34,908 bases of DNA from a virus (taxonomy: Duplodnaviria > Caudoviricetes). Within the stretch, counting starts at the first letter, position 1. Each line of letters opens with the position of its first letter. The stretch covers positions 1 through 34,908 of IMG/VR virus record IMGVR_UViG_3300042319_001168; one strand, written 5' to 3'. Under the pieces are notes generated by a model, which searched no databases, was not told the origin of the DNA, and saw only the letters and a list, made by a program, of their open reading frames with translations. Both the position numbers and the translations under genes were made by a program. Positions 1 to 8,926 of this stretch are shown one piece after another.

Positions 1-9
1 GCAAACATA

Positions 10-750
10 ATGAATGTATTTCTAAATATCAATAGTAGCGAAGTTGTAACATATACGGCAAGGCTAGAACGTATGCGTAAATCAGCGTTACCAAATGCTA
101 TAAGAAACACATTGAGTAAGGCGGCATTAGATGTGAAACAAAACACCATGCCAAAAAGTGCAAAGCGTACATTTATACAACGTAAGCCACAGTTCTTTAA
201 AGCAGCTAGTACAGTAGTATTTGCAAAGGGTAGCGACATATCACAAATGAAGTCAGCAGCAGGTTTCAAGCAATTACCGAATGATAAAGGTAGGGCGGTA
301 GATGACTTAAAGCAGCAAGAGTTTGGGGGCAAAATAGGCGGTAGAGATTACGTAGCGTTAAAGGGTGCAAGGTCTGCAAAATCATGGCATAAAGGAGTAA
401 GAAAAGACCTAAGAATATCGGCACTTGATAGGATGATTGATAGCGATAAGGCAAGCGGTAAAAATGATAAACAAAAGTTTGTTAAATCTGCAATTCATGC
501 AGGTAAAGGGGGATTAGTGAGGGGTAATATTAAAAATAGTAGTGGGGCGAGAACGATATATTTAGTAAACAAAGTAATGCGTAAAGGCAAAAATACTGTA
601 ATAGGTAAGACGGCAGTTTATAGCGAAAAAAATAATAGGCAAGTAAAGCCACCAGCTACGCATTTTATGGGCAAGGCGGCAGAACAAAGCAGTAAAAGAG
701 TAGAACAAATATTTATTAATGAGGCGGCAAAACAATTAGCTAGAATATGA
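10..750 (+). CDS. Basic tail completion/neck protein (lambda gpZ-like)
   Basis: Very K/R-rich 246 aa; N-terminal 'ALPNAIRNTLSKAA' helix and C-terminal 'HFMGKAA' as in gpZ/HK97 gp10-type proteins; structural context. Confidence 0.55.
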   Translation: MNVFLNINSSEVVTYTARLERMRKSALPNAIRNTLSKAALDVKQNTMPKSAKRTFIQRKPQFFKAASTVVFAKGSDISQMKSAAGFKQLPNDKGRAVDDLKQQEFGGKIGGRDYVALKGARSAKSWHKGVRKDLRISALDRMIDSDKASGKNDKQKFVKSAIHAGKGGLVRGNIKNSSGARTIYLVNKVMRKGKNTVIGKTAVYSEKNNRQVKPPATHFMGKAAEQSSKRVEQIFINEAAKQLARI

Positions 751-1982
751 GTTGGATTGAAAAGATGGCACAGCCATACGTTATTAAAATGGGTGACGGT
801 GCAGAATACCGACCGAAGTACATACCTACTCAAATTCAGCAGGCGTTTAATATGTCGTTATTTGAATTTCCAAACGTAGCAGGTACAGTAGTTGAGCGTA
901 AGAATGTAAAGGGTGAGCGGTATTCATTAGATGTATTTTTTGATGGTGATAATCATTTGGATTTGATGGAACGGTTTAAACAATCGGCACGTAATCCAAA
1001 GTATTGGACAGTTCAGCACCCCATGTACGGCACACTGTTTGTACAGCCATTAGAACTAACATACGACAATAAAGACTATAATGTTAGCCATATTACAGGG
1101 GTAATGATTGCAACGGTTATAGGTAAAAAACCAACTAAAAAAGATGCACAAAGTAAGATAGTAGCGGATAAACTTGCTATTGATAAGTTGCAAGCCGATA
1201 CGTATGCAGTGGATATACAGACCCCAACATTAGCCGATGTGCAAGAGTATAAGGGTAATCTATCAAAGATGTATAATGATGGCGTAAATGGCGTAGGAAC
1301 TACATTAGATGCACAGGTGTACTTTAATGCTTTTACGGCAGCCAATACAGGGCTTAACAATCTTATAGCAAAGCCAGCAGCAGCAGTAAGATTAGCACAA
1401 AGAATGATTGAAGCCCCTTATAACTTTGCTCAAACTGTAAAGGCTAGAATGATGCTATTTTTACAGCAAATCAATACATTAAATAGAAGTTTAGATACTA
1501 TACTTAACAGGAAACAAAAGCGGCAGTATGAAACAAATGTAGGGGCTATAATTACCGCAATGGCTAAGACTACGGTAACTAATACCGATGGCAGTTACAG
1601 GAATAGACCCGATGCGATTGCCATAGCCGATATACTTGCAAATGCGTATAACGGCTATATAATTAATCTTGATAGCTTACAAACTGCTACAGGTGGTAGT
1701 GCCGATGGGTATATACCCGATTATGATAGCGTGTCAGGTATTACGGAATTGATTACCTTTGCTATAAATAATCTTTATAATGTTGCGGCAGACGGCAGGC
1801 TACAGGTTACATTTAGATTAGAAGAAGATACAGACCCGATTAACCTAACACAAAGGCTATACGGTGCAGACCCTACAGATGAGTTTTTGAATGAGTTGTT
1901 AGATGCTAACATGATAGGATTAAGCGAGATATTTATAATACCAAGAGATAGGTTAATCACATACTACGAAAATGCAAATTAA
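747..1982 (+). CDS. Mu N-like 'DNA circularization'/tail tube initiator protein
   Basis: 'FEFPNVAGTVVE...FFDGDNH...VQHPMYGTLFV' fits DNA_circ_N; LysM-like C-terminus (LTQRLYG...LLDAN); precedes hub and spike genes. Confidence 0.75.
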   Translation: MSWIEKMAQPYVIKMGDGAEYRPKYIPTQIQQAFNMSLFEFPNVAGTVVERKNVKGERYSLDVFFDGDNHLDLMERFKQSARNPKYWTVQHPMYGTLFVQPLELTYDNKDYNVSHITGVMIATVIGKKPTKKDAQSKIVADKLAIDKLQADTYAVDIQTPTLADVQEYKGNLSKMYNDGVNGVGTTLDAQVYFNAFTAANTGLNNLIAKPAAAVRLAQRMIEAPYNFAQTVKARMMLFLQQINTLNRSLDTILNRKQKRQYETNVGAIITAMAKTTVTNTDGSYRNRPDAIAIADILANAYNGYIINLDSLQTATGGSADGYIPDYDSVSGITELITFAINNLYNVAADGRLQVTFRLEEDTDPINLTQRLYGADPTDEFLNELLDANMIGLSEIFIIPRDRLITYYENAN

Positions 1983-3111
1983 GATTGAAGATGTTGTTAT
2001 TGATACATACACAAACCTTAGACTAACAGTAAGGTATGATAGCCTTGTATCTGATTTTCAATTTTCGGTATTATACAATCCTAACAATGCCACGCATAGA
2101 CGCATATATAAGCCGTTAGGTTATCAGCGAATAGTTATCAGCGATGGTGGCAGTAGATTGCTAACAGGTACGGTATTAAATATTGAGTATGAGGATAGCC
2201 CCGAACCTACACTTATAACATTGTCAGGGTATAGCCGTACAGGTGTATTAGAAGATTGCCAAATACCACTAGAAGAGCCACAACAATGGTTTACATCTAA
2301 CCTTAAAGAGATTACAGAAAAGTTAATAGAACCATTTGATTTGAAGTTGGTTATAGACCCACTAATAGCGCAATATGTAAATATAAATTACGCAAATGTT
2401 GAGGCTAAAGAAACACAAAGTATAAAGGACTTTTTAGCAAAAATAGCCAGTCAGAAACACGTTATCCTTACACATGATGAATTTGGAAACGTAAGATATA
2501 CAAAGGCTAGAGTAGGCAGCGAAACAACTACAGATGATACACTAACTACGGTTACAGTTACACCAGTGGCGGCAGACATAGACGGTGCGGCAGACTATAA
2601 CGCACAAAGGATAGTAGTAGCGGTTACTTATGAGCCAGTATTTACATTTAATGGCACTAATCCAAATACTAAAATAAAGCTAGTTACCAACGGTCAAAAC
2701 ATGCACAGCACTATATCGGTTGTAAAGCAAAGCGATGTGGTTGATGTGCAACAGGTAGTAGATGCTACTATTCCTAACCCCTACGTGCAATCGGTTTATA
2801 GACCTAATGTAAGCGTACAATCTGCAAGTACAGGAGGCGATGTACCAATTACGGCAAGAAATATTTTATCAGAAGAATTAAAAAATATATCTTTATCTAT
2901 TGAAACTAATAGCTGGTATTTTGGAAAGACATTAGCAAAGGTTAATAACATGGTAAATGTAATTAGTCCTAACTGTTTTCTATTTACAAAAACATTATTT
3001 TTTATACGTGAGGCAACATATAGCGGTGATGCTGAAAAACAAATACTAACTTTGAATTGTTGCTTACCTGATGTGTTTACAGATGGTGAGCCTAAAAATA
3101 TATTTGGATAA
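1972..3111 (+). CDS. Baseplate hub protein (Mu gp44/P-like)
   Basis: 'LLTGTV...ITLSGYSRTGVLEDC', 'LTHDEFGNV'; size and position. Confidence 0.8.
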   Translation: MQIKIEDVVIDTYTNLRLTVRYDSLVSDFQFSVLYNPNNATHRRIYKPLGYQRIVISDGGSRLLTGTVLNIEYEDSPEPTLITLSGYSRTGVLEDCQIPLEEPQQWFTSNLKEITEKLIEPFDLKLVIDPLIAQYVNINYANVEAKETQSIKDFLAKIASQKHVILTHDEFGNVRYTKARVGSETTTDDTLTTVTVTPVAADIDGAADYNAQRIVVAVTYEPVFTFNGTNPNTKIKLVTNGQNMHSTISVVKQSDVVDVQQVVDATIPNPYVQSVYRPNVSVQSASTGGDVPITARNILSEELKNISLSIETNSWYFGKTLAKVNNMVNVISPNCFLFTKTLFFIREATYSGDAEKQILTLNCCLPDVFTDGEPKNIFG

Positions 3112-3605
3112 TGTTCTTAGCAAATGTACTAGGTAGCGTAATTAGGGGTACTAGGCGAATAGTACAGGTATCGCTATTTAAAAAAGCTAGGGAGATACCA
3201 CAGGCACTACCGTATGGAGTTGACAGCGCACCAGTTAGGGAAATGGTAGCGGTGTATGCTAATACGGCAGATATGGGTAATAGTGTGATAGTTGGGTATG
3301 TGTATAAAGATGCAGTTGCAGAAGTTGGTAGTATAAGGTTGTATAGTGAGAATGGTTATGTATATTTGAGGGCTAACGGTAATTTGGAGTTATTGGGCGA
3401 TAGTAAGCACATGGTAAGGTATGAGGAACTAGAAACAGGATTTAACAGTTTAAAGCAATCGGTTACAGATTTAGTTACTGTATTTAATGCACACACACAT
3501 ACATCAACAGCTCCTACTACACCTACAAGTACACCATTATCGGCAGCCATACCACCAACAGCAACAATTACAGGTGCTAAAATAAACGAAATAAAAACAT
3601 TATGA
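3111..3605 (+). CDS. Baseplate central spike (Mu gp45/P2 gpV-like)
   Basis: 'PYGVDSAP', 'GSIRLYS' and C-terminal metal-binding HxH (NAHTH). Confidence 0.8.
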   Translation: MFLANVLGSVIRGTRRIVQVSLFKKAREIPQALPYGVDSAPVREMVAVYANTADMGNSVIVGYVYKDAVAEVGSIRLYSENGYVYLRANGNLELLGDSKHMVRYEELETGFNSLKQSVTDLVTVFNAHTHTSTAPTTPTSTPLSAAIPPTATITGAKINEIKTL

Positions 3606-3913
3606 TAGAATATAGCAACGCATTAATGTACGTAACAACAGCCACTACCATACAGGATAGGTTGGTTAAGATACGTTTAATCATAGATAAACTTTATATC
3701 CTTGCATCAAGTACAAGCGATGCAGGGAATGGCATATATGAGAGTTACGAACTTGATGACGGTCAAGTAAAGATAGCTGCTAAGTATCGCAGTTCAAAAC
3801 AGATACAAGCGGATATAATAGCGTATGAGAGAATGGAAAATAGGTATCTTGCACAATTAAACGGCAGAAGGTACATTTTACGTGACGGTCAAAACTTTAG
3901 AAGAGTATGTTAA
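3602..3913 (+). CDS. Head-tail adaptor (lambda gpW-like)
   Basis: Helix/beta-hairpin/helix pattern 'ESYELDDGQVKIAAKYRS'; directly upstream of the portal. Confidence 0.65.
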   Translation: MIEYSNALMYVTTATTIQDRLVKIRLIIDKLYILASSTSDAGNGIYESYELDDGQVKIAAKYRSSKQIQADIIAYERMENRYLAQLNGRRYILRDGQNFRRVC

Positions 3914-5490
3914 AGATATTTGGATTTGAGATTGGTAAAGCAAAACCTGAAAAACAGGCAGCAAGCACACGCCCCGTAAGGCGTTTTTACCAGTACGATA
4001 TATTTGATGGCGAGAAAAATGCAGGTGCAGTCGGACCAGTAAAGGATTATTTTTTAGATACGCAAGTATTAAGGGCTAGGTCGTGGCAGTTGTATTTGGA
4101 GAGTGAAATATGTTCAATGGCTATTAACCGTCTTGCAAGGTGGGTAATAGGTAAAGGGCTTGATTTGCGTTCTATCCCTGAAACATCATATCTTGCTACT
4201 GAAGGTATAAAGCTAAATAGCGAAACATTTAATAATGTGGTTGAAAGTAGGTGGCAAGTATTTGCTAATAGTTGCACTGCTGATTACAGCAACAAACGTA
4301 ATTTACATGAGTTGGCTAATGATGCGTTAGTAAATGGTAAGGTAGGGGGCGATGTGTTGGTAATATTGCGTATTATAAATGGTTCGCTAAGGGTGCAGTT
4401 AATAGATGGAGCGCACGTAAGCAATCCAATGTCTACAGGTGTAGCTATTACAGGTGCAGATTTTATTTATAATGGCAATATAGTACGTGATGGGGTAGAA
4501 ATAAACAGCGAAGGCAAGCCAATAGCATACCATGTAAAGTTTGAGCCGTTTAATTGGGAAAGAATAGAGGCGTATAATAATAAAACAGGGCAAAAGATGG
4601 CATGGCTATATAGTGGCAATCAGTTTAGGCTTGATGATTATAGGGGGCTTGCTATGTTGGCTACAGTAATCGAAAGTGCAAAAACACTAGACCGATACAA
4701 AGAGGCTACAGTTAGTAGTGCAGAAGAAAGGGCTAAGATAGCTTACTATATTAAGCATGGTACACAATCAGATGAAGAAGATATATTTGCTAAAAATGCT
4801 ACTAAGATAAGCAACTATAACGACCAAGATGATGTACCAGTTGATAAGTTCGGTACTATGTTAGCCGAAAACATATACGCTACTACTAACAAACAGACAT
4901 TTAACATGCCGAGAGATACGGCTATTGAATCGCTAGAGAGTAAACAAGAGTTACATTTTAAGGATTTCTTTATGACTATATCAAACGATATATTTAGTGC
5001 GGTAGGAATACCACCTAATGTAGCACGTATGATGTACGATAGTAATTTCAGCGCAAGTAGGGCAGCTTTAAAGGATTGGGAACATACACTAGATGTTGAG
5101 CGCAAGAACTTTGCAAACGGCTTTTATTTGCCTATCTATTCGGTATGGTTAGATATTGAGGTAGCAAAAAATAAAGTACAGGCACAAGGATATTTAAGGG
5201 CTTTAATGTCAAAGGATTATTTAACTTTGGAGGCGTTTAAGGCAAGCGCATGGAGAGGTGCAAACGTACCGCATATAGACCCAGTTAAAGAGGTTACAGC
5301 CGAGAGATTGAAGCTAGGTAAGATGTTTGAAGATAAACCGCTTACTACACTTGAAAATGCTACTATTAACGTTAACGGTGGCGATAGTGAGGATAACATG
5401 GAGCAAGCCGCAAAGGAAATAGAGCAAGCGGAAAACTTAGGATTGAAATACATAGAACCGATAGTAGTACCAATAAACACAAATCCGTAA
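3907..5490 (+). CDS. Portal protein, lambda family
   Basis: 'LRARSWQL', 'DGVEINSEGKPIAYH', 'SNFSASRAAL', 'HIDPVKE'; 527 aa. Confidence 0.93.
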   Translation: MLKIFGFEIGKAKPEKQAASTRPVRRFYQYDIFDGEKNAGAVGPVKDYFLDTQVLRARSWQLYLESEICSMAINRLARWVIGKGLDLRSIPETSYLATEGIKLNSETFNNVVESRWQVFANSCTADYSNKRNLHELANDALVNGKVGGDVLVILRIINGSLRVQLIDGAHVSNPMSTGVAITGADFIYNGNIVRDGVEINSEGKPIAYHVKFEPFNWERIEAYNNKTGQKMAWLYSGNQFRLDDYRGLAMLATVIESAKTLDRYKEATVSSAEERAKIAYYIKHGTQSDEEDIFAKNATKISNYNDQDDVPVDKFGTMLAENIYATTNKQTFNMPRDTAIESLESKQELHFKDFFMTISNDIFSAVGIPPNVARMMYDSNFSASRAALKDWEHTLDVERKNFANGFYLPIYSVWLDIEVAKNKVQAQGYLRALMSKDYLTLEAFKASAWRGANVPHIDPVKEVTAERLKLGKMFEDKPLTTLENATINVNGGDSEDNMEQAAKEIEQAENLGLKYIEPIVVPINTNP

Positions 5491-5491
5491 A

Positions 5492-6091
5492 ATGGACACA
5501 CTAAGCCAATTAGCAGAAATATATAAAACAGATAAGGGGATGTGGCATCATGGCTACACCCCTATTTATAATATGTATTTTGAGGCACTAAAAGACAAAC
5601 AAATAACACTTTTAGAAATTGGCATAGGTGGTTATGAGTATGTAAATAAAGGCGGTGAGAGTTTAAAAATGTGGCGTGATTATTTTAGCAATGCCAATAT
5701 AATTGGATTTGATTTTTACAAAAAGGAATTAAATATAAAAGGTGTTTCTATTTATCAAGGTAGTCAAATAGACAATGACTTTTTAAAATCATTACCTGCT
5801 CCATTTGACATAATTATTGATGATGGCAGCCATGTTAGTAGCCACATAATAAGCACGTTTGACACACTATTTTGCAAGCTAAATAGTGGCGGTATATATG
5901 TAGTTGAAGATACAGAAACAAGCTATTGGAACGAGCATTACGGTGGCGGTACATTACCAACAGATACAACATCAATGAATTTTTTTAAGGGGTTATGCGA
6001 TACGCTAAATCCTGAATATGGAGTTGAGGACATTTACGGAATTAAAACAATACACTTTTATAGCGGTTTAATATTTATCTTTAAGAAGTAA
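5492..6091 (+). CDS. Class I SAM-dependent methyltransferase, sugar O-methyltransferase-like (MycE/TylE-type motifs)
   Basis: 'TDK..HHGYTPIY', 'LLEIGIGGY', 'SLKMWRDYF', 'DIIIDDGSH', 'GGIYVVED'. Confidence 0.85.
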   Translation: MDTLSQLAEIYKTDKGMWHHGYTPIYNMYFEALKDKQITLLEIGIGGYEYVNKGGESLKMWRDYFSNANIIGFDFYKKELNIKGVSIYQGSQIDNDFLKSLPAPFDIIIDDGSHVSSHIISTFDTLFCKLNSGGIYVVEDTETSYWNEHYGGGTLPTDTTSMNFFKGLCDTLNPEYGVEDIYGIKTIHFYSGLIFIFKK

Positions 6092-6093
6092 CT

Positions 6094-6654
6094 ATGCCAA
6101 CAGATACAGGAATATGGGAACAGCACGAAGCAAATCAATATCATGATTTTAGTTACAGATTAGCACAATACATAGGTCAATATTTCCCTAAAAATAAACA
6201 AGTAATAGACTTAGGTTGTGGGCTTGCTACATACCTTAGATATTTGCATGATATAGGGTTTACTAATTTACTAGGGGTTGAAGGTACAAAGCTAACTAAT
6301 TTCGAGTTTGGCAATGTATTAGTACATGATTTATCTACACCTATTGAGTTAGGAAAAAAGGGTAATGTAATTTGTTTAGAAGTAGGGGAGCATATAGCAA
6401 AAGAATATGAAGATGTGGTAATAGATAACATTTGCAAATTATGTGCTGATGACGGATTTATTATTATGTCGTGGGCTATTCCTACACAAGATGGTATAGG
6501 GCATGTAAATTGCCAGCATAACATTTACATTTTAGATAAAATAGTAAAAAAAGGGTTTAGTCTATTGTTAGATGATACATTAAAGGTAAGAGGAGTTGTG
6601 GAAGATAGGCTAAACTATTTTCGTAACACACTAATGGTATTTAAAAAGCTATGA
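6094..6654 (+). CDS. Class I SAM-dependent methyltransferase (glycan-locus type)
   Basis: Motif I 'VIDLGCG', 'CLEVGEHI', 'WAIPTQDGIGHVN'. Confidence 0.85.
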   Translation: MPTDTGIWEQHEANQYHDFSYRLAQYIGQYFPKNKQVIDLGCGLATYLRYLHDIGFTNLLGVEGTKLTNFEFGNVLVHDLSTPIELGKKGNVICLEVGEHIAKEYEDVVIDNICKLCADDGFIIMSWAIPTQDGIGHVNCQHNIYILDKIVKKGFSLLLDDTLKVRGVVEDRLNYFRNTLMVFKKL

Positions 6655-8168
6655 TAACATTTAGCAAGTTTGGCAACTATGGCAGATTAGGTAATCAGCT
6701 ATTTCAATATGCGTCATTAATTGGTTTAGGTGAAACATTTGGCAAAGATGTTGTTTTACCTAAATGCGATTTTGCGGAATATTTAGAAAACAAACCAAAC
6801 ATTAAAGGCGTTTCAGATTGTAAATTGGTACAGGAAAAGTACTATCACTATGATGTTGAACAATTTAAAGTAGTTGGCAATATTGATATTGTTGGTTGGC
6901 TGCAATCTGAAAAGTATTGGCAACACTGCAAGGATAAAGTAAAAAAAGCATTGCAGTTTAACGCTAAAAAGTGCAATGAATTACAAGGCTATCAACAAAA
7001 GTTTTTTGGTAAACAATCAATAGCAATATCTGTAAGGCGTGGTGATTATGTAGATAATCCTAACTATGCACAGTTAGGTGCTGATTACTACTACCTTGCT
7101 ATGATGCAACATATCCCTAATTGGCAAGATTGCAACATACTGATATTTTCAGATGATATAGAGTATTGCAAGGTGCATTTTGAGTGCTTGCCTAATGTGC
7201 ATTTTATTGAGGATTTAACCCCTATGCAACAGTTAATAGTAGGTTCTTGTTGCGACCATTTTATAATTGCAAATAGTACCTTTAGTTGGTGGTTAGCTTA
7301 TTTGGGAGAAAAAGAACATAGCAAAGTAATTAGACCTAATTATTTGTTTGAAGGTAATTTGTTAAAACAAAATGATAGCAAAGATTTTTACCCCGAAAGA
7401 TGGATTTGCTATGACCACAAAAACAATAAAATAGACCTAAAAGATACTACATTTATTATACCAGTTAGCATAGATAGCACAGACAGAATAGAAAATATCA
7501 ATACTTGCATATCCTACATTAACACATATTTTGACACTAACATTATTATAGGTGAGCAAGGCACTGATGTTATAAATCATAGTAAGGTAAAATTCAATTA
7601 TCCTAAATTTCACCGCACTAAAATGCTAAATGAAATGACTAAACAAGCTAACACGCCAATAGTCATTAACTATGATGCTGATGTGTTTTTGCCACCGTTG
7701 CAAATATGGTTATCCATTGATTACATAAGAAATTATGTAGCTGATTATGTTTATCCTTATGACGGTCAATTTGCAAGAGTTGGCAGAGGATTTTATAACC
7801 TAATAAATGACAAAAAAGATTTAGGCAGACTAAGCAAATACACATTTAAAGGTACGTTTAAAAATGACCCAAACACGCCTAAAAGCGTAGGCGGAGCAAT
7901 AGCATTTAACAAACAAGCATATACCAAAATAGGATTGGAAAATGAAAGGTTTATTAGCTATGCACCCGAAGATATAGAGCGATTTTATAGAATGGCTAAT
8001 ACACGCAGATTAAAGCGAATAAAAGGCGTGATATATCATCTTGACCATGAAGTAACAATTAATAGCAGTATAGGGCATTCAGACTATGCAAATAATGTAA
8101 AGGTATGCAATGAGTTAACAGGTTTAACCATGAACGAACTATGGAGGCTTATAGGACAGTATCAATAG
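6651..8168 (+). CDS. Bifunctional glycosyltransferase: GT11 (alpha-1,2-fucosyltransferase-like) fused to a GT-A (GT2/GT7C-like) domain
   Basis: 'GRLGNQLFQYA', 'VRRGDY', 'FSDD', 'IANSTFSWW'; then 'TFIIPV', DxD 'YDADV', 'GGA...ENERFISYAPED'. Confidence 0.88.
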   Translation: MITFSKFGNYGRLGNQLFQYASLIGLGETFGKDVVLPKCDFAEYLENKPNIKGVSDCKLVQEKYYHYDVEQFKVVGNIDIVGWLQSEKYWQHCKDKVKKALQFNAKKCNELQGYQQKFFGKQSIAISVRRGDYVDNPNYAQLGADYYYLAMMQHIPNWQDCNILIFSDDIEYCKVHFECLPNVHFIEDLTPMQQLIVGSCCDHFIIANSTFSWWLAYLGEKEHSKVIRPNYLFEGNLLKQNDSKDFYPERWICYDHKNNKIDLKDTTFIIPVSIDSTDRIENINTCISYINTYFDTNIIIGEQGTDVINHSKVKFNYPKFHRTKMLNEMTKQANTPIVINYDADVFLPPLQIWLSIDYIRNYVADYVYPYDGQFARVGRGFYNLINDKKDLGRLSKYTFKGTFKNDPNTPKSVGGAIAFNKQAYTKIGLENERFISYAPEDIERFYRMANTRRLKRIKGVIYHLDHEVTINSSIGHSDYANNVKVCNELTGLTMNELWRLIGQYQ

Positions 8169-8731
8169 TAACCCCTACTACTCAAGACAGGCAAGTATTT
8201 AATGAGCGTATTTCTACTATTAAAAAGTTGCAAGATTACCCATACATAGTAGAGCATCTATTTGACTACTCAGATAGTATAATAGGAACTAAGCGAAATA
8301 AATTAGTATCTAAAACTATTGGGGATATTATTGTTCACATGGATAGTGATGATGTGTATGCTACAGATTGGGTAAGTAAATGTGTACAGGAGCTGCAAGA
8401 CAATCCCACAGCCGACATAGTAGGTCTATCACAATTTTATGCTACAGGTGGGAATAAATATATAGGTTCAAATACTAGCAAAATAGTATGGGGTGCTACA
8501 ATGGCATACAGAAAAGAATTTTGGAAGCGCAATAAATTTGCAGACATGCACATAGGTGAAGACTATATGTTTTGCAAAAAAGCAAATACACATATCAACC
8601 CATATATTAACGGATTTTTAGCCACTATACATAGCGGAAATACAAGCCCAAAAAATACAACTAACAGGGCATGGGTTAGTCTTTGTCGCAAGGATATTCC
8701 CGATAGTCCTTTGGGTACTGCTGGATTATAA
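8141..8731 (+). CDS. Compact GT2-family glycosyltransferase
   Basis: 'VSIVTPT', 'IGTKRN', 'HMDSDD', 'IGEDYMF'. Confidence 0.8.
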   Translation: MEAYRTVSIVTPTTQDRQVFNERISTIKKLQDYPYIVEHLFDYSDSIIGTKRNKLVSKTIGDIIVHMDSDDVYATDWVSKCVQELQDNPTADIVGLSQFYATGGNKYIGSNTSKIVWGATMAYRKEFWKRNKFADMHIGEDYMFCKKANTHINPYINGFLATIHSGNTSPKNTTNRAWVSLCRKDIPDSPLGTAGL

Positions 8732-8849
8732 CATGCAAATTCTTTTTTATCAATTCACCCATACTACAGCCTACATGAGATGCTATATTTTTAACCTCAT
8801 TATGCTGCTTAGTGCCTATGTTGTTTACTCTTACATCTTTCTTATCCAT
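8676..8849 (-). CDS. Small ribbon-helix-helix-like DNA-binding protein (57 aa)
   Basis: MDKKDVRVNNIGTKQHNEVKNIASHVGCSMGELIK has the strand-helix-G-helix pattern; ATG at 8849 directly follows a consensus promoter. Confidence 0.65.
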   Translation of the reverse strand: MDKKDVRVNNIGTKQHNEVKNIASHVGCSMGELIKKNLHVIIQQYPKDYREYPCDKD

Positions 8850-8852
8850 ACG

Positions 8853-8885
8853 CAAAATTAATAATTTACCGACAATATCGGCAAA
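8853..8885 (-). promoter_or_regulatory. Bacteroidota-type promoter overlapped by a palindromic operator candidate
   Basis: Minus strand TTTG-N21-TAATTTTG; palindrome TTTACCGA-CAATA-TCGGCAAA at 8865-8885. Confidence 0.65.
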
Positions 8886-8926
8886 CCTTTGCAATGTTTT
8901 TTTTCGTAGCGTTATTTTACAAGCGA

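Noticed and set aside
747-3605. Tailocin or contractile injection system
   Set aside because: Portal, capsid, protease and replication genes are contiguous, indicating a true phage.
8894-8926. Upstream ATG extensions in the ORF track (8894, also 20778, 23316, 33992 and 8966 on the minus strand)
   Set aside because: The extensions overlap promoters or neighbouring genes; downstream ATGs have better leaders and motif starts.
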